Origin: Anaerolineales bacterium
Lineage (GTDB): Bacteria > Chloroflexota > Anaerolineae > Anaerolineales > UBA11579
Direction: 5' to 3'
Assembly (NCBI GenBank): GCA_040882365.1
Contig: JBBEBI010000028.1
Location: 34,511 to 98,510, forward strand
Length of the DNA: 64,000 nt
Below the pieces are notes generated by a model. That model was not told where the DNA came from, ran no database searches, and saw only the letters and a list, made by a program, of their open reading frames with translations. How positions within the stretch are numbered: the first letter of the stretch is position 1; each line of letters opens with the position of its first letter. Below, piece by piece: positions 19,753 through 29,961 of the stretch. The translations under genes were made by a program, and so were the position numbers.

Positions 19753-19809
19753 GGGTCTATCCTGGGAATTTTTCCAGATTGGCTCTCGGTTATAATCCGC
19801 GCTCGCAGG

Positions 19810-19882
19810 GCCACCGTAGCTCAGTTGGCAGAGCAGTCGCTTCGTAAGCGACGGGTCGTGGGTTCGAGTCCCACCGGTGGCT
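19810..19882 (+). tRNA. tRNA-Thr(CGT)
   Basis: Acceptor GCCACCG/CGGTGGC, anticodon arm GTCGC-TTCGTAA-GCGAC. TATAAT upstream at 19791-19796. Confidence 0.95.
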
Positions 19883-19892
19883 CTTTTCTCCG

Positions 19893-20174
19893 CTACAAGC
19901 TCTCTTTATTTCCTGCGTCTTGTTCCTTGATCCTTTTCAGGATGTGGTCGCGCACATCCATATAAGCGTCGCTGATCTCCGGGCGGTGCCGGCTGAAGAG
20001 CAGAATGGGAAAGAGCCGGTATCTCTTATTCAGCCACTCGAGTGCCAGACGCGCGTCGCCACCGCCTATTTTGAGGGCCCGATTAAGCAGGCGAGCAAAA
20101 TTACGGCTATACACTTCCCGATCATAACTTGGGGGCATAAGCTCGATAATTATAGTAGACCTATCCGATCCCAA
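19893..20174 (-). CDS. Small hypothetical protein next to the tRNA-Thr 3' end
   Basis: 93-aa ORF filling a lower-GC intergenic gap; no recognisable motif. Confidence 0.4.
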   Translation of the reverse strand: MGSDRSTIIIELMPPSYDREVYSRNFARLLNRALKIGGGDARLALEWLNKRYRLFPILLFSRHRPEISDAYMDVRDHILKRIKEQDAGNKESL

Positions 20175-20228
20175 GCTCCATTCCAGTTAATTAATCGGCT
20201 TTCCCCCCTCATCCCTTATAATCGTTGC

Positions 20229-20900
20229 ATGCCCGTTGCCCGGCCTACCCCGCTCGTCATTGGCATCGCCGGCGGCAGCGGCTCCGGCAAGACCACCGTC
20301 TCGCAAACCATCCTGCAGCGCGCCGGCCCTGACCGCGTGGCCTACATCCAGCACGACTCGTACTACAAAGACCTCAGCGCCTTGGAACCAGCCCAACGCG
20401 CCACCACGAACTTCGACCATCCGAATTCATTGGAAACGGACCTCATGGTCGAGCACGTTCGCAAATTGCGCGCTGGGGAGGCGATTGACATTCCTTCCTA
20501 CGATTTCACCACGCACACCCGCAAGAGAGAGACGCAGCGCATCCAGCCGCGGCCCATCGTCCTCGTCGAGGGCATCCTGCTGTTCACGGACCCGCGTATG
20601 CGCGAGCTATGCGACCTGAAGCTGTTCGTGGACACGGATGCCGATATCCGCTTCATCCGCCGCTTGCAGCGCGACATCCACGAGCGGGGCCGCACCATGG
20701 AGTCGGTCGTCCAGCAATATGAAGCCACGGTGCGCCCCATGCACCTGGAATTCGTTGAGCCGTCCAAACGCTACGCGGACCTCATCATCCCCGAGGGCGG
20801 GTACAACGAAGTGGCCATGGACGTCTTCATGGCCCGCATCGAGGCTAAGATGCGCGAATTCAAACAGACACCCCTTCGCGAAAGGACCCTGACCAAATGA
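20229..20900 (+). CDS. udk: Uridine kinase
   Basis: [46 protein letters not shown]. Confidence 0.95.
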   Translation: MPVARPTPLVIGIAGGSGSGKTTVSQTILQRAGPDRVAYIQHDSYYKDLSALEPAQRATTNFDHPNSLETDLMVEHVRKLRAGEAIDIPSYDFTTHTRKRETQRIQPRPIVLVEGILLFTDPRMRELCDLKLFVDTDADIRFIRRLQRDIHERGRTMESVVQQYEATVRPMHLEFVEPSKRYADLIIPEGGYNEVAMDVFMARIEAKMREFKQTPLRERTLTK

Positions 20901-21406
20901 GCAAGCAGTGGAGCCAGCCTCCCGCAAAGGAGATCGATCCCAAGAAAGCCTACACGGCCACCTTTCAGACCGATCAGGGTGACATGGTTTTTAAGCTCTT
21001 TGCCGAGAAGGCACCGAAGACCGTGAACAACTTTATTTTCCTCGCCCGCCAGGGTTTTTACAATGGAACCGCATTCCACCGTGTCATCAATGACTTCATG
21101 GCCCAGGGAGGCGACCCCACCGGGACCGGCATGGGCGGTCCAGGCTACAAGTTCGAAGATGAATTCCATCCCGATCTACGCCACGATAAGCGCGGCATCC
21201 TTTCCATGGCCAACGCCGGCCCCCATACCAATGGCTCGCAATTTTTCATCACCCACCGCGCCACGCCCCACCTGGACGATAAGCATGCCGTGTTCGGCCA
21301 GCTGATCGCGGGCGAAGAAGTGCTCATGGCCATCCCGGCGCGCGACCCGAGCGGGAAGGGTGTGCCGGCCGGGCAGCTGGTCTCCGTCACCATTCAGGAA
21401 AGCTAG
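20897..21406 (+). CDS. Cyclophilin-type peptidyl-prolyl isomerase
   Basis: [34 protein letters not shown]. Confidence 0.95.
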   Translation: MSKQWSQPPAKEIDPKKAYTATFQTDQGDMVFKLFAEKAPKTVNNFIFLARQGFYNGTAFHRVINDFMAQGGDPTGTGMGGPGYKFEDEFHPDLRHDKRGILSMANAGPHTNGSQFFITHRATPHLDDKHAVFGQLIAGEEVLMAIPARDPSGKGVPAGQLVSVTIQES

Positions 21407-21412
21407 CGCAAC

Positions 21413-21943
21413 ATGCCGCGCCTGGGCAAGTGGACGCCCTGGCGCGTCCTGGGATTATTGCTCGTCATCGCGCTCAGCCTGGCTATCCTGGCCATCCCCC
21501 AAGAGCAGATCAAGGCCCTGCAGGATTACGGCTATGCTGGCATCTTCCTGATTTCGCTGCTGGCCAATGTCACCATCATCATCCCCGCGCCGGCCATCCT
21601 GATCGTATTCGCTATGGGCGCACACCTTTCTCCATTGTGGCTGGGCTTGGCCGCCGGCAGCGGGGCGGCTTTAGGGGAACTCTCCGGCTATGTGGCCGGC
21701 CTCAGCGGCCAGGCAGTCATTGAAGACAACGCCACTTACCAGCGATTAGCGGCCTGGGTCCGCAATTATGGCGGGTTTACAATATTCGCACTGGCGGCCC
21801 TGCCCAATCCTTTTTTCGATCTGGGCGGCATAGCCGCTGGAGCATTGCGAATGCCGGTGCCGAGATTCTTGGCTTGGTGCGGGCTGGGAAAGATTTTGCG
21901 CATGACAGCGGTGGCTCTGGCGGGGGCAGGGATTCTCAAATAA
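21413..21943 (+). CDS. DedA/VTT-domain membrane protein
   Basis: GAALGELSGY, PNPFFD, GKILR. Confidence 0.85.
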   Translation: MPRLGKWTPWRVLGLLLVIALSLAILAIPQEQIKALQDYGYAGIFLISLLANVTIIIPAPAILIVFAMGAHLSPLWLGLAAGSGAALGELSGYVAGLSGQAVIEDNATYQRLAAWVRNYGGFTIFALAALPNPFFDLGGIAAGALRMPVPRFLAWCGLGKILRMTAVALAGAGILK

Positions 21944-21951
21944 GGAGAGAG

Positions 21952-23313
21952 ATGGTCGACTTCAAAGCAATCGATAGCTATTTGCAGAAGAATATGGACA
22001 AGAGCCTTGACGAACTCGGCAGGCTGTGCGCTATCCCCAGTATTGCCGCCCAGAACCGCGGCCTGGGCGAGTGCGCCGCACTGGTGGCTAAGATGTTGGA
22101 GCAACGCGGCTTCAAAGCCGAGATCATGGAATCGGGCGGGGCACCGGTTGTTTACGCCGAACGCAAAGGCAAGGTGGACAAGACGCTGCTGTTCTACAAC
22201 CATTACGATGTGCAGCCGCCCGAGCCGCTGGACTTGTGGGAGAGCCCGCCTTTCGAAGCCACGCGCCGCAATGGAAAGATGTTCGCCCGCGGCGTCAGCG
22301 ACGATAAGGGTCACTTTGTCAGCCGCCTCTTTGCACTCGACGCGCTGCTGGCCCAGGACAATGAGCTGCCCTGCAATATCAAGTTCGCAGTCGAAGGCGA
22401 GGAGGAGATCGGCAGCGTGCACATGCCTGCCTTCGTGGAAAAGAATGCCAAAAAGCTGGCCGCGGATGCCTGCATTTGGGAATTCGGTTACGTAGACCAT
22501 CGCGATGCGCCCATGCAGGTGTTGGGCATGCGCGGCATCTGCTACGTGCAATTGGATGTCGAATGCCTGACCCAGGATGTCCACTCCGGCCTTGGCGGAT
22601 CCATCTTCCCCAATGCCGCCTGGCGCCTGGTCTGGGCGCTCTCCACGCTGAAGGACCGCGATGAGCGCATCCGTATCCCTCACCACTACGATAATGTGCT
22701 GCCGCTGACAGAGCTGGACCGTAAGCTGGCCGCCGCCCTGCCTTACGAGGGAGATGAATACAAGAAACGCTATGGCGTGAAGGAGTTCCTGCGAGGCACC
22801 CACACTCACCCCGAACTGCATCTTCAGGAGGTCTTAGAGCCCACCTGCACGATTTGCGGCCTGACCTCGGGCTATCAGGGTGCAGGCAGCAAGACCGTGT
22901 TGCCAGCCAAGGCGTCGGCGAAAGTCGACTTCCGCCTGGTGCCCGACCAAACACCTGAAGAGGTATTGAAGAACCTGCGCGACCACCTGGATGCAGAGGG
23001 GTTCGAAGATGTGAAGATCACATATCTGGGCGGCGAGGCGCCCGGCCGAACTGACCCCCAAGACCCGTTTCTGGCTTTGGTTGTCAACACCGCCAAAGAA
23101 GTTTACGGTGTGCCCCAGCAGATCGACCCGATGTCGGGCGGCTCGGGTCCCAACCACGCCTTCTTACATTTCCTCAAATTGCCCGTGGCCGTTGCCGGCC
23201 TCGGCTACCCGGGCAACCAGGTACACGCCCCCAACGAAAACATCCGCGTGGACCTGTACCTAAAAGCCTCGCGGCACGTCGCCCGTATCGTCAGCGAGTT
23301 CGCCAGGAGCTAG
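21952..23313 (+). CDS. M20 family metallopeptidase/deacylase
   Basis: YNHYDVQP, ARGVSDDKG, EGEEEIGS, HAPNE; AAGGAG RBS. Confidence 0.92.
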   Translation: MVDFKAIDSYLQKNMDKSLDELGRLCAIPSIAAQNRGLGECAALVAKMLEQRGFKAEIMESGGAPVVYAERKGKVDKTLLFYNHYDVQPPEPLDLWESPPFEATRRNGKMFARGVSDDKGHFVSRLFALDALLAQDNELPCNIKFAVEGEEEIGSVHMPAFVEKNAKKLAADACIWEFGYVDHRDAPMQVLGMRGICYVQLDVECLTQDVHSGLGGSIFPNAAWRLVWALSTLKDRDERIRIPHHYDNVLPLTELDRKLAAALPYEGDEYKKRYGVKEFLRGTHTHPELHLQEVLEPTCTICGLTSGYQGAGSKTVLPAKASAKVDFRLVPDQTPEEVLKNLRDHLDAEGFEDVKITYLGGEAPGRTDPQDPFLALVVNTAKEVYGVPQQIDPMSGGSGPNHAFLHFLKLPVAVAGLGYPGNQVHAPNENIRVDLYLKASRHVARIVSEFARS

Positions 23314-23324
23314 CGGCCACCCGC

Positions 23325-23355
23325 AAAAAAGCGGCGCCTTCAGACGCCGCTTTTT
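23325..23355. terminator. Bidirectional terminator
   Basis: AAAAAAGCGGCG-CCTTCAGA-CGCCGCTTTTT. Confidence 0.85.
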
Positions 23356-23377
23356 ATTCTTGCACTCAACGAAGCGA

Positions 23378-25360
23378 CTAATCGACCACATAAGGCACTT
23401 CGACAATCACGACCTTGGGCGTGAACAGCAACCGCCAGCGAAGTAACTGCGCCGCCCGGGCATGTAGCCAACCATGCCACCACACGCGTGGCACGAATTC
23501 CGGCACCACCACGGTTACTACTTCATCGGGGCCGGCGTCCGCAGCCTCCGTCTTGATGTACTTGAGTAACGGTTCATAAAGCAGGCGGAAGGGAGATCCT
23601 AGTATCACCAGATTGACATTTTTGTTCCATTGCTGCCACTTCAGCAGCACCTTTTCGCCTGCATCCGCATCCGTGGCCACGTGCACTGCCGTGATGTTCC
23701 GGGAAAGGGAGCGGGCATAGCGCACGGCGGCTAAGGTGCCTCGGTGCACTCCGGATACTGGAACGATCACTCGCTGCCGACGGATGGACTTGGGTCGTTT
23801 ATATCTTTGCAAACTAAGCCGTTCAGCTAAATCTTTATAGTGACGATTGATCACCACAAAGAAGTAAACCATCAGCGGCAGAATAATAATGATGATCCAA
23901 GCGCCGTCCCTGAATTTTGTAAGTGCGAAAATCATCGTCACTAGAAAGGTTGATAGGGCGCCCAAGGCGTTGAATACCATCTTAGGCCGCCACTTAGCGT
24001 CGTAAGGTAACGTTTCGGTCTTTTCCCTGCCATTCTTCTTTACACGCTGGGAGGCTGGCTTAGCTATCTTTCCCACCTTCCACCACCGTCGTGCCAAACC
24101 AGCTTGGGAAAGTGTGAATGACAGAAAAACGCCAATGGCATACAAGGGAATCAACCCGGTTACCCGTGCCTGGAACACAACGATAAGAAAGGCAGCCACG
24201 ACGGCCAGCAATGCGATACCTCGCGAATAAACTAATCTGCTTCCCCGGAAGGTAAGCTGGCGGGGAAGGAAGCCATCCTCTGCGATAAGGGCGCTCAGGC
24301 GCGGAAAGCCGGCAAAGGCCGTATTAGCGGCCAGGATCAAAATGACTGTGGTCGATCCCACCACGCCCAGGTATGCAAGTCCGCGTCCCTCGAAGACGGT
24401 TCGTCCGATCTGCGAAATAACGGTTTCAAATTCCGAAGGTACAGCCCCGATCTGATAGCCAAGGAAAGTGACCCCAAAGAATAAAGTGCTAAGGATGGCG
24501 CCCATCCACAGCAAAGTGACACCGGCGTTATGGCTGCGAGGTTCTTTAAATGCGGTTACACCATTGGATATTGCCTCGATCCCGGTGAGTGCCGCTGTCC
24601 CGCTTGCAAATGCTCTAAGGATCAGGAACCAGGAAATCCCAGTAATAGGGCCAATAAGCTCAAGCGCTGGAGGATCGACAACCCCTCCCAGGGATCCGGT
24701 GAGGAATTTGAAGAAGCCCATCCCTACCGTTAAATAAAGCGTGGCGATGAAAAAATAAGAGGGGATAGCAATGAAGGCCCCGGACTCGCGCACCCCGCGC
24801 AAATTGAGCAACATAATGAAAAATACCATCACTACAGCAATTTCAACCTGGATTTGGAGCAAAACTGGAAAGGCTGAGACCAGCTGGGCAACCCCTGCCG
24901 AGACCGACACTGCAACAGTAAGCACATAGTCGACCAGCAAGGAAGCCCCAGCTGTCAGCGCCGGCAACTCGCCGAGGTTGTCGCGCGCCACAATATAAGC
25001 GCCGCCACCGCCGGGATAAGCGTGGATGGTCTGCTCGTATGAAAGCGTGACGATGACGAGCAAAGCTATGATGGCGATCGACAATGGAATCGAAAGCCCA
25101 AAGGCACCTGCCCCGGCCAGCGCCAGGATCACCAGGATCTCTTGCGTGGCGTAGGCCGTGGACGACAACGCGTCCGACGCAAACACGGCCAAACCAACGG
25201 CTTTGCCGATGGTCTGGTGCGGCGCATCCGCCGAGGGGAGTGCTCGTCCTATAAACCAGTCTACGAATGTTTTCTTTGGTCTGGCCCCCACTTGCTTATA
25301 TTCGACATGGTCATCTTGCTTTGCGATGTCTGCTAGTTTCTTGTCTGAGGCGTCCTTCAA
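23378..25360 (-). CDS. APC-superfamily transporter, KimA/YdaO-like (probable K+ uptake)
   Basis: SDALSSTAYA, YPGGGGAY, ALTGIEAISNG, ANTAFAGFP, LIPLYAIGVF; cytoplasmic domain with VVVPEF. Confidence 0.88.
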   Translation of the reverse strand: MKDASDKKLADIAKQDDHVEYKQVGARPKKTFVDWFIGRALPSADAPHQTIGKAVGLAVFASDALSSTAYATQEILVILALAGAGAFGLSIPLSIAIIALLVIVTLSYEQTIHAYPGGGGAYIVARDNLGELPALTAGASLLVDYVLTVAVSVSAGVAQLVSAFPVLLQIQVEIAVVMVFFIMLLNLRGVRESGAFIAIPSYFFIATLYLTVGMGFFKFLTGSLGGVVDPPALELIGPITGISWFLILRAFASGTAALTGIEAISNGVTAFKEPRSHNAGVTLLWMGAILSTLFFGVTFLGYQIGAVPSEFETVISQIGRTVFEGRGLAYLGVVGSTTVILILAANTAFAGFPRLSALIAEDGFLPRQLTFRGSRLVYSRGIALLAVVAAFLIVVFQARVTGLIPLYAIGVFLSFTLSQAGLARRWWKVGKIAKPASQRVKKNGREKTETLPYDAKWRPKMVFNALGALSTFLVTMIFALTKFRDGAWIIIIILPLMVYFFVVINRHYKDLAERLSLQRYKRPKSIRRQRVIVPVSGVHRGTLAAVRYARSLSRNITAVHVATDADAGEKVLLKWQQWNKNVNLVILGSPFRLLYEPLLKYIKTEAADAGPDEVVTVVVPEFVPRVWWHGWLHARAAQLLRWRLLFTPKVVIVEVPYVVD

Positions 25361-25565
25361 AGCTGCTTCTCCAAGTTGCCGCAGTTACACAGGATTGCGG
25401 CACAATCTGCAATTATAGTCCGCTTTTATCAGGTTGGAATCCTGCCTAAAAGCCAGTTGGAACTATATGAAGGTTCGCCATTACTAGCCGGTGAATAACC
25501 TAATCACTAATCGACTAATCACTATTCAACGCTCCAATTAGAACAGATGTTATAATCCCCGGCCT

Positions 25566-28370
25566 ATGCCCACTATCGTGGCCGTGGACATCGAGAGCAC
25601 AGGCATCGACCCCGAAAAGGATGCCATCATCGAGATCGGCGCCGTGCGCTTCGATGGCCGCCGCATCGAAGGGGAGTGGTCCACCCTGGTAAATCCGGGC
25701 CGCCGCATCCCCCCATTTATAACCCAGCTCACCGGCATCACCGACAATATGGTGCGCCAGGCGCCTGGCATTCGCGAGGTGGTTGCCGATCTGGCCAAGT
25801 TTGCCGGCGATGCCCCCATCCTGGGCCAGCGCATCAGCTTCGACCTTTCCTTCCTTCGCAGGCATGGTCTCTTCCTTGACAACGAAGTCATCGACACATA
25901 CGACATGGCTTCCGTGCTGATGCCGCGCGCCGGGCGCTATAACCTCGGCGCCCTCGGGCAGCAACTCAACGTCCTGCTGCCCGCCACACACCGCGCCCTG
26001 GACGACGCCCGCGTGACCCAGGCCGTGTACCAGCAGCTCTACGAAAAGATGTTGCTCATGCCCATCGATCTACTGGTCGAGATCGGCCAGCTTGGCGACG
26101 AACTAAGCTGGCCGGGCGAATGGACCTTTCGCCTGGCGTTGCGCCAGCGCGAGGCCGAGGCGTTGGCCGCCGGCGGCCGCGATGGCCTCATCTCCCGCGG
26201 GCCGATATTCACCACCCCACCGCCGCAGACCCAGCGGCGGCGAGGCGACCTTCCCGAGCCGCAGCCGCTGGATGCCGAAGAGATCGCCGCCATGCTCCAA
26301 CATGGCGGCGCTTTTTCGAAGCATTTCGCCGAGTTCGAACACCGCAGCCAACAAGTGGAAATGGCCCGTGCCGTCACCGGCGCGATCAGCGACGGCAAAC
26401 ACTTGCTGGTGGAAGCCGGAACCGGCACGGGAAAGTCCATCGCCTACTTGCTGCCGGCCGCGCTGTGGGCGCTAAAGAACGAGAGCCGCGTGGTGGTCTC
26501 CACCAACACGATCAATTTGCAGGACCAGCTGATCCACAAAGACATCCCCGATCTGGAAGCCGCTATCGGGCAGCCCATTAAAGCCGCGGTGCTCAAGGGT
26601 CGCAATAATTACTTGTGCCCGCGCCGCCTGGTTGCGCTGCGCCGCCGCGGTCCGGAAAGCCCCGAAGAACTGCGCGTGCTGGGCAAGGTTCTGGTCTGGC
26701 TGCAGGACACGCAAAGCGGCGACCGCGGTGAGATCAATCTCAACGGCCCCGGCGAGCGCGCCGTGTGGACGCGCATTTCCGCGGCCGACGAGAACTGCAA
26801 CGACGAGACCTGCGTGCGCCGTATGGGCGGGGTGTGCCCCTTCTATCGCGCCCACCAGGCCGCCCTGGCCGCCCACATTCTGGTGGTGAACCACGCCCTG
26901 CTGCTGGCCGACGTGGCCACCGGCAGCCGCGTCCTGCCAGATTACGACCGCCTCATCGTGGACGAAGGGCATCATATGGAAGCGGTCACCACCAGCGCGC
27001 TAAGTTACCGCCTCAACCAGCCGGAAGTCGAGCGCATTTTGCGCGACCTGGGCGGCAGCCACTCCGGCCACTTAGGGCGACTGTTGGTCGTCGCCCAGGG
27101 TCTGCTGCAGCCCGCCCAATACGGCGCGCTCAACGCGCTAGTGGAGGACGCTACCACCAAGGCCATCCAATTCCAGAACCAGCTCACCACTTTGTTCACT
27201 GCAATCAATCAATTCATATTGGATCAGCGCGAGGGCCGGCCGATTGGATCTTATTCGCACCAGGAGCGCATCGTAGAGAGCACCCGCACCCAGCCCGCCT
27301 GGATGTTGGTGGAAGTGGCCTGGGACAGCGCGCTGCGCTTGCTTGATCCTCTGCTGGGTGTACTCGAGCAGATCAGCAAAGGTATGCAGGACATCTCGGC
27401 GAACGATCAGGACGAGGTGGAGGATCTGCTCAGCAATATCGGCATCGCCTTCCGCAGCCTGGGTGAATTGAAGAAGCAGGTGAATGGCCTGGTATTCGAG
27501 CCTCAGGAAGGCATGATCTATTGGGTGGAGATCAATCCGCAGCGCCAGCATCAACTGACTCTGCAGGCTGCCCCACTGCACGTGGGCGAGCTAATGGAAG
27601 AGCACATCTGGCATAAGAAGACCAGCGTCGTGCTCACTTCCGCCACGCTCACCGCCGCTGGAGAGTTCGACTACCTCAAGCGCCGCCTCAACGCCTTCGA
27701 CGCCGATGAGCTGGCGCTGGGCTCTCCCTTCGATTACGAGAGCGCCGCTCTGCTCTACATGGTGGACGATATACCCGAACCCGCCGAGCGCGGACCTTAT
27801 CAAATGGCCGTGGAGCGCGGCCTCATCCAGTTATGCAAGGCCACCGCTGGGCGCACGCTGGCGCTATTCACTTCGTACGAACAACTGCGCAAGACCTCGC
27901 AGGCCATCGCGGCCCCGCTGGCCGAAGCCGGCATCGTGGTCTACGAGCAGGGCGAAGGCGCCTCGCCGCACACGCTGCTCGAAAGCTTCAAGTCCAGCGA
28001 GGGCGCCGTGCTGCTGGGCACCCGCGCCTTCTGGGAAGGCGTGGATATCCCCGGCCAGGCGCTCAGCGTGCTGGCCATCATCCGTCTACCCTTCGATGTA
28101 CCCAGCGACCCCATAGTGGCCGCCCGCGCCGAAACCTTCGAGTCGCCCTTCTATGAGTACCAGGTACCTGAGGCCATCTTGCGCTTCCGCCAGGGCTTCG
28201 GGCGCCTCATCCGCACGCAGTCCGATCGCGGCGTGGTGGCGGTTTTCGATAAACGCATCCTCACCAAGACCTATGGTTCCCTATTCATGGATTCGCTGCC
28301 GCAATGCACGGTGAAACGCGGCCGCCTCGCCGACCTGCCGAAGGCCGCGGCGCAGTGGCTTGGGGCATAG
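25566..28370 (+). CDS. dinG: DinG-family helicase with an N-terminal DEDDh 3'-5' exonuclease
   Basis: DIESTG...HRALDDA exonuclease; EAGTGTGKS, KGRNNYLC, DEGHH, FWEGVD, QGFGRLIR. Confidence 0.93.
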   Translation: MPTIVAVDIESTGIDPEKDAIIEIGAVRFDGRRIEGEWSTLVNPGRRIPPFITQLTGITDNMVRQAPGIREVVADLAKFAGDAPILGQRISFDLSFLRRHGLFLDNEVIDTYDMASVLMPRAGRYNLGALGQQLNVLLPATHRALDDARVTQAVYQQLYEKMLLMPIDLLVEIGQLGDELSWPGEWTFRLALRQREAEALAAGGRDGLISRGPIFTTPPPQTQRRRGDLPEPQPLDAEEIAAMLQHGGAFSKHFAEFEHRSQQVEMARAVTGAISDGKHLLVEAGTGTGKSIAYLLPAALWALKNESRVVVSTNTINLQDQLIHKDIPDLEAAIGQPIKAAVLKGRNNYLCPRRLVALRRRGPESPEELRVLGKVLVWLQDTQSGDRGEINLNGPGERAVWTRISAADENCNDETCVRRMGGVCPFYRAHQAALAAHILVVNHALLLADVATGSRVLPDYDRLIVDEGHHMEAVTTSALSYRLNQPEVERILRDLGGSHSGHLGRLLVVAQGLLQPAQYGALNALVEDATTKAIQFQNQLTTLFTAINQFILDQREGRPIGSYSHQERIVESTRTQPAWMLVEVAWDSALRLLDPLLGVLEQISKGMQDISANDQDEVEDLLSNIGIAFRSLGELKKQVNGLVFEPQEGMIYWVEINPQRQHQLTLQAAPLHVGELMEEHIWHKKTSVVLTSATLTAAGEFDYLKRRLNAFDADELALGSPFDYESAALLYMVDDIPEPAERGPYQMAVERGLIQLCKATAGRTLALFTSYEQLRKTSQAIAAPLAEAGIVVYEQGEGASPHTLLESFKSSEGAVLLGTRAFWEGVDIPGQALSVLAIIRLPFDVPSDPIVAARAETFESPFYEYQVPEAILRFRQGFGRLIRTQSDRGVVAVFDKRILTKTYGSLFMDSLPQCTVKRGRLADLPKAAAQWLGA

Positions 28371-28400
28371 CCTGCAATCAGGAAGACAACAACATAGCTC

Positions 28401-29687
28401 ATGGACTTAAAACGCCTATTCCCCATTCTGCTCATCATCTTCACCAATATCCTCGGCGCCGGAGTCATCATTCCTATTCTGCCACTCTACGCCGAAGGCG
28501 CCTTTCAGGGCAGCCTAGTGCAGGTCACCTTGCTGGCCAGCGCGTTTTTCGGCGCACAGTTCCTGGCCGCGCCAATACTGGGCCGCCTGTCGGACCGCTA
28601 CGGGCGCCGGCCGCTGCTCATCCTAAGCCAAGTTGGCACGGTGTTGGCTTTCGTTCTGTTCATTTTTGCGGCCCCGCTTGGGAGTTGGATCGAAGGATTG
28701 GGAGCGGCGCTGCCGATTAGCGGCGGCATGCTGATCCTCTTTTCCGCCCGCATCCTGGATGGCATAACCGGCGGCAACATCACCATCGCCCAGGCCTACG
28801 TCAGCGACCTCACCACCGACGAAAAGCGTGCACACGGTTTGGGTCTGCTGCAGGGCGCCTTTGGCGCCGGCTTCATCTTCGGCCCAGCGTTCGGGGGCAT
28901 TCTGAGCAGTTACGGGCAGGTGGCGCCTTTTATAGGCGCCACGATTATCACCAGCCTCACTCTGCTGCTCACACTCTTCACCCTCAAGGAATCGCTCACC
29001 AAGGAGGAGCGCAACGCACCTGACGATGGGGCCAGCGGGCGCAGGAGCATCCCCTGGAGTCAGATCCTGCGCACCCCTGCCCTGCTGCTGATCCTCGCCA
29101 TCGGCTTTTTAGGATCCATGGCCTTCTCTTCTATCCCTTCCAGTTATTCGCTCTATGCAGACCACGTCATCTTTGCGAATACACCTTTTCCTGAACGCGT
29201 GCAGCTTTACATCGGGTTGATGTTGGCCTTCAATGGATTCTTCCAAGTCCTTACCCAGCTCCTGCTCATTCGCCCCTTGGTGCGCCGCTTCGGCGAACGC
29301 AGGTTGCTGCTTATCGGGCAGCTTTCGCTGGCAACCGCCCTCTTCGGTCTGGCGGCGGTTACCGGCCCGCTGATGGCCGTGTTGTTGTTCGCACCCTTCT
29401 CTTTCGGAACCGGGGTCAGCGAACCCAGCATGCAATCCCTGGCTACCCGTTTCGGGGCGCGCCGCACGCGCGGCTACCTGTTGGGTCTCTACCAATCGGC
29501 GCGCAGCCTGGCGCTGATAGGCGGCCCTATTGCCGCAGGGTTCGTATTCCAGAATATCGGCGGCCGTTTCGTATTCGCCTTCGCCGGCGTGGTCATGCTG
29601 CTGGCCTTCGTCGGCGGTCTGCTGCTCCTAAGGATGGAGATCAAACCGATCGAGGTGAACACGAATAGCATCGCGCATGAGGCATAA
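28401..29687 (+). CDS. MFS transporter (DHA1/TetA-like)
   Basis: GRLSDRYGRRP motif A, RILDGITGGN, GFIFGPAFGG. Confidence 0.9.
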   Translation: MDLKRLFPILLIIFTNILGAGVIIPILPLYAEGAFQGSLVQVTLLASAFFGAQFLAAPILGRLSDRYGRRPLLILSQVGTVLAFVLFIFAAPLGSWIEGLGAALPISGGMLILFSARILDGITGGNITIAQAYVSDLTTDEKRAHGLGLLQGAFGAGFIFGPAFGGILSSYGQVAPFIGATIITSLTLLLTLFTLKESLTKEERNAPDDGASGRRSIPWSQILRTPALLLILAIGFLGSMAFSSIPSSYSLYADHVIFANTPFPERVQLYIGLMLAFNGFFQVLTQLLLIRPLVRRFGERRLLLIGQLSLATALFGLAAVTGPLMAVLLFAPFSFGTGVSEPSMQSLATRFGARRTRGYLLGLYQSARSLALIGGPIAAGFVFQNIGGRFVFAFAGVVMLLAFVGGLLLLRMEIKPIEVNTNSIAHEA

Positions 29688-29719
29688 ATCCCGTCAAGCG
29701 CAGTAAAATATGGGACCTA

Positions 29720-29786
29720 GCGGGTGTAGCCAAGTGGTAAGGCAGAGCTTCCCAAGCAGGCAGTATTTCGATCATCCCCATTCGCA
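29720..29786 (+). pseudogene. Degenerate tandem copy of tRNA-Gly(CCC)
   Basis: First 25 nt identical to the downstream tRNA; GCTTCCCAAGCA retained; anticodon stem and T-arm disrupted. Confidence 0.75.
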
Positions 29787-29803
29787 GTAAAATAGAAGGG
29801 CTC

Positions 29804-29875
29804 GCGGGTGTAGCCAAGTGGTAAGGCACTTGCTTCCCAAGCAAGCATGCGTGGGTTCGAATCCCATCACCCGCT
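29804..29875 (+). tRNA. tRNA-Gly(CCC)
   Basis: Acceptor GCGGGTG/CACCCGC, anticodon arm CTTGC-TTCCCAA-GCAAG, GGTTCGAATCC. Confidence 0.95.
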
Positions 29876-29961
29876 CCTATAGTTGCTGGGGGAATCCCAC
29901 CCTCTTCGCACTGACCGAACACAATTGCCTCGAATCTCGTTACAATAGTAGGTACTTCGTA

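Noticed and set aside
25361-25550. c-di-AMP (ydaO) riboswitch upstream of the kimA-like transporter
   Set aside because: Only a TATAAT, one short hairpin and an RBS are visible; the conserved ydaO motifs are not.
29818-29961. N-terminal ORF extensions in the track (also serS, greA, udk, pyk, M20 peptidase)
   Set aside because: They overlap tRNAs, leaders or neighbouring genes; downstream ATGs fit family N-termini and promoter or RBS signals better.
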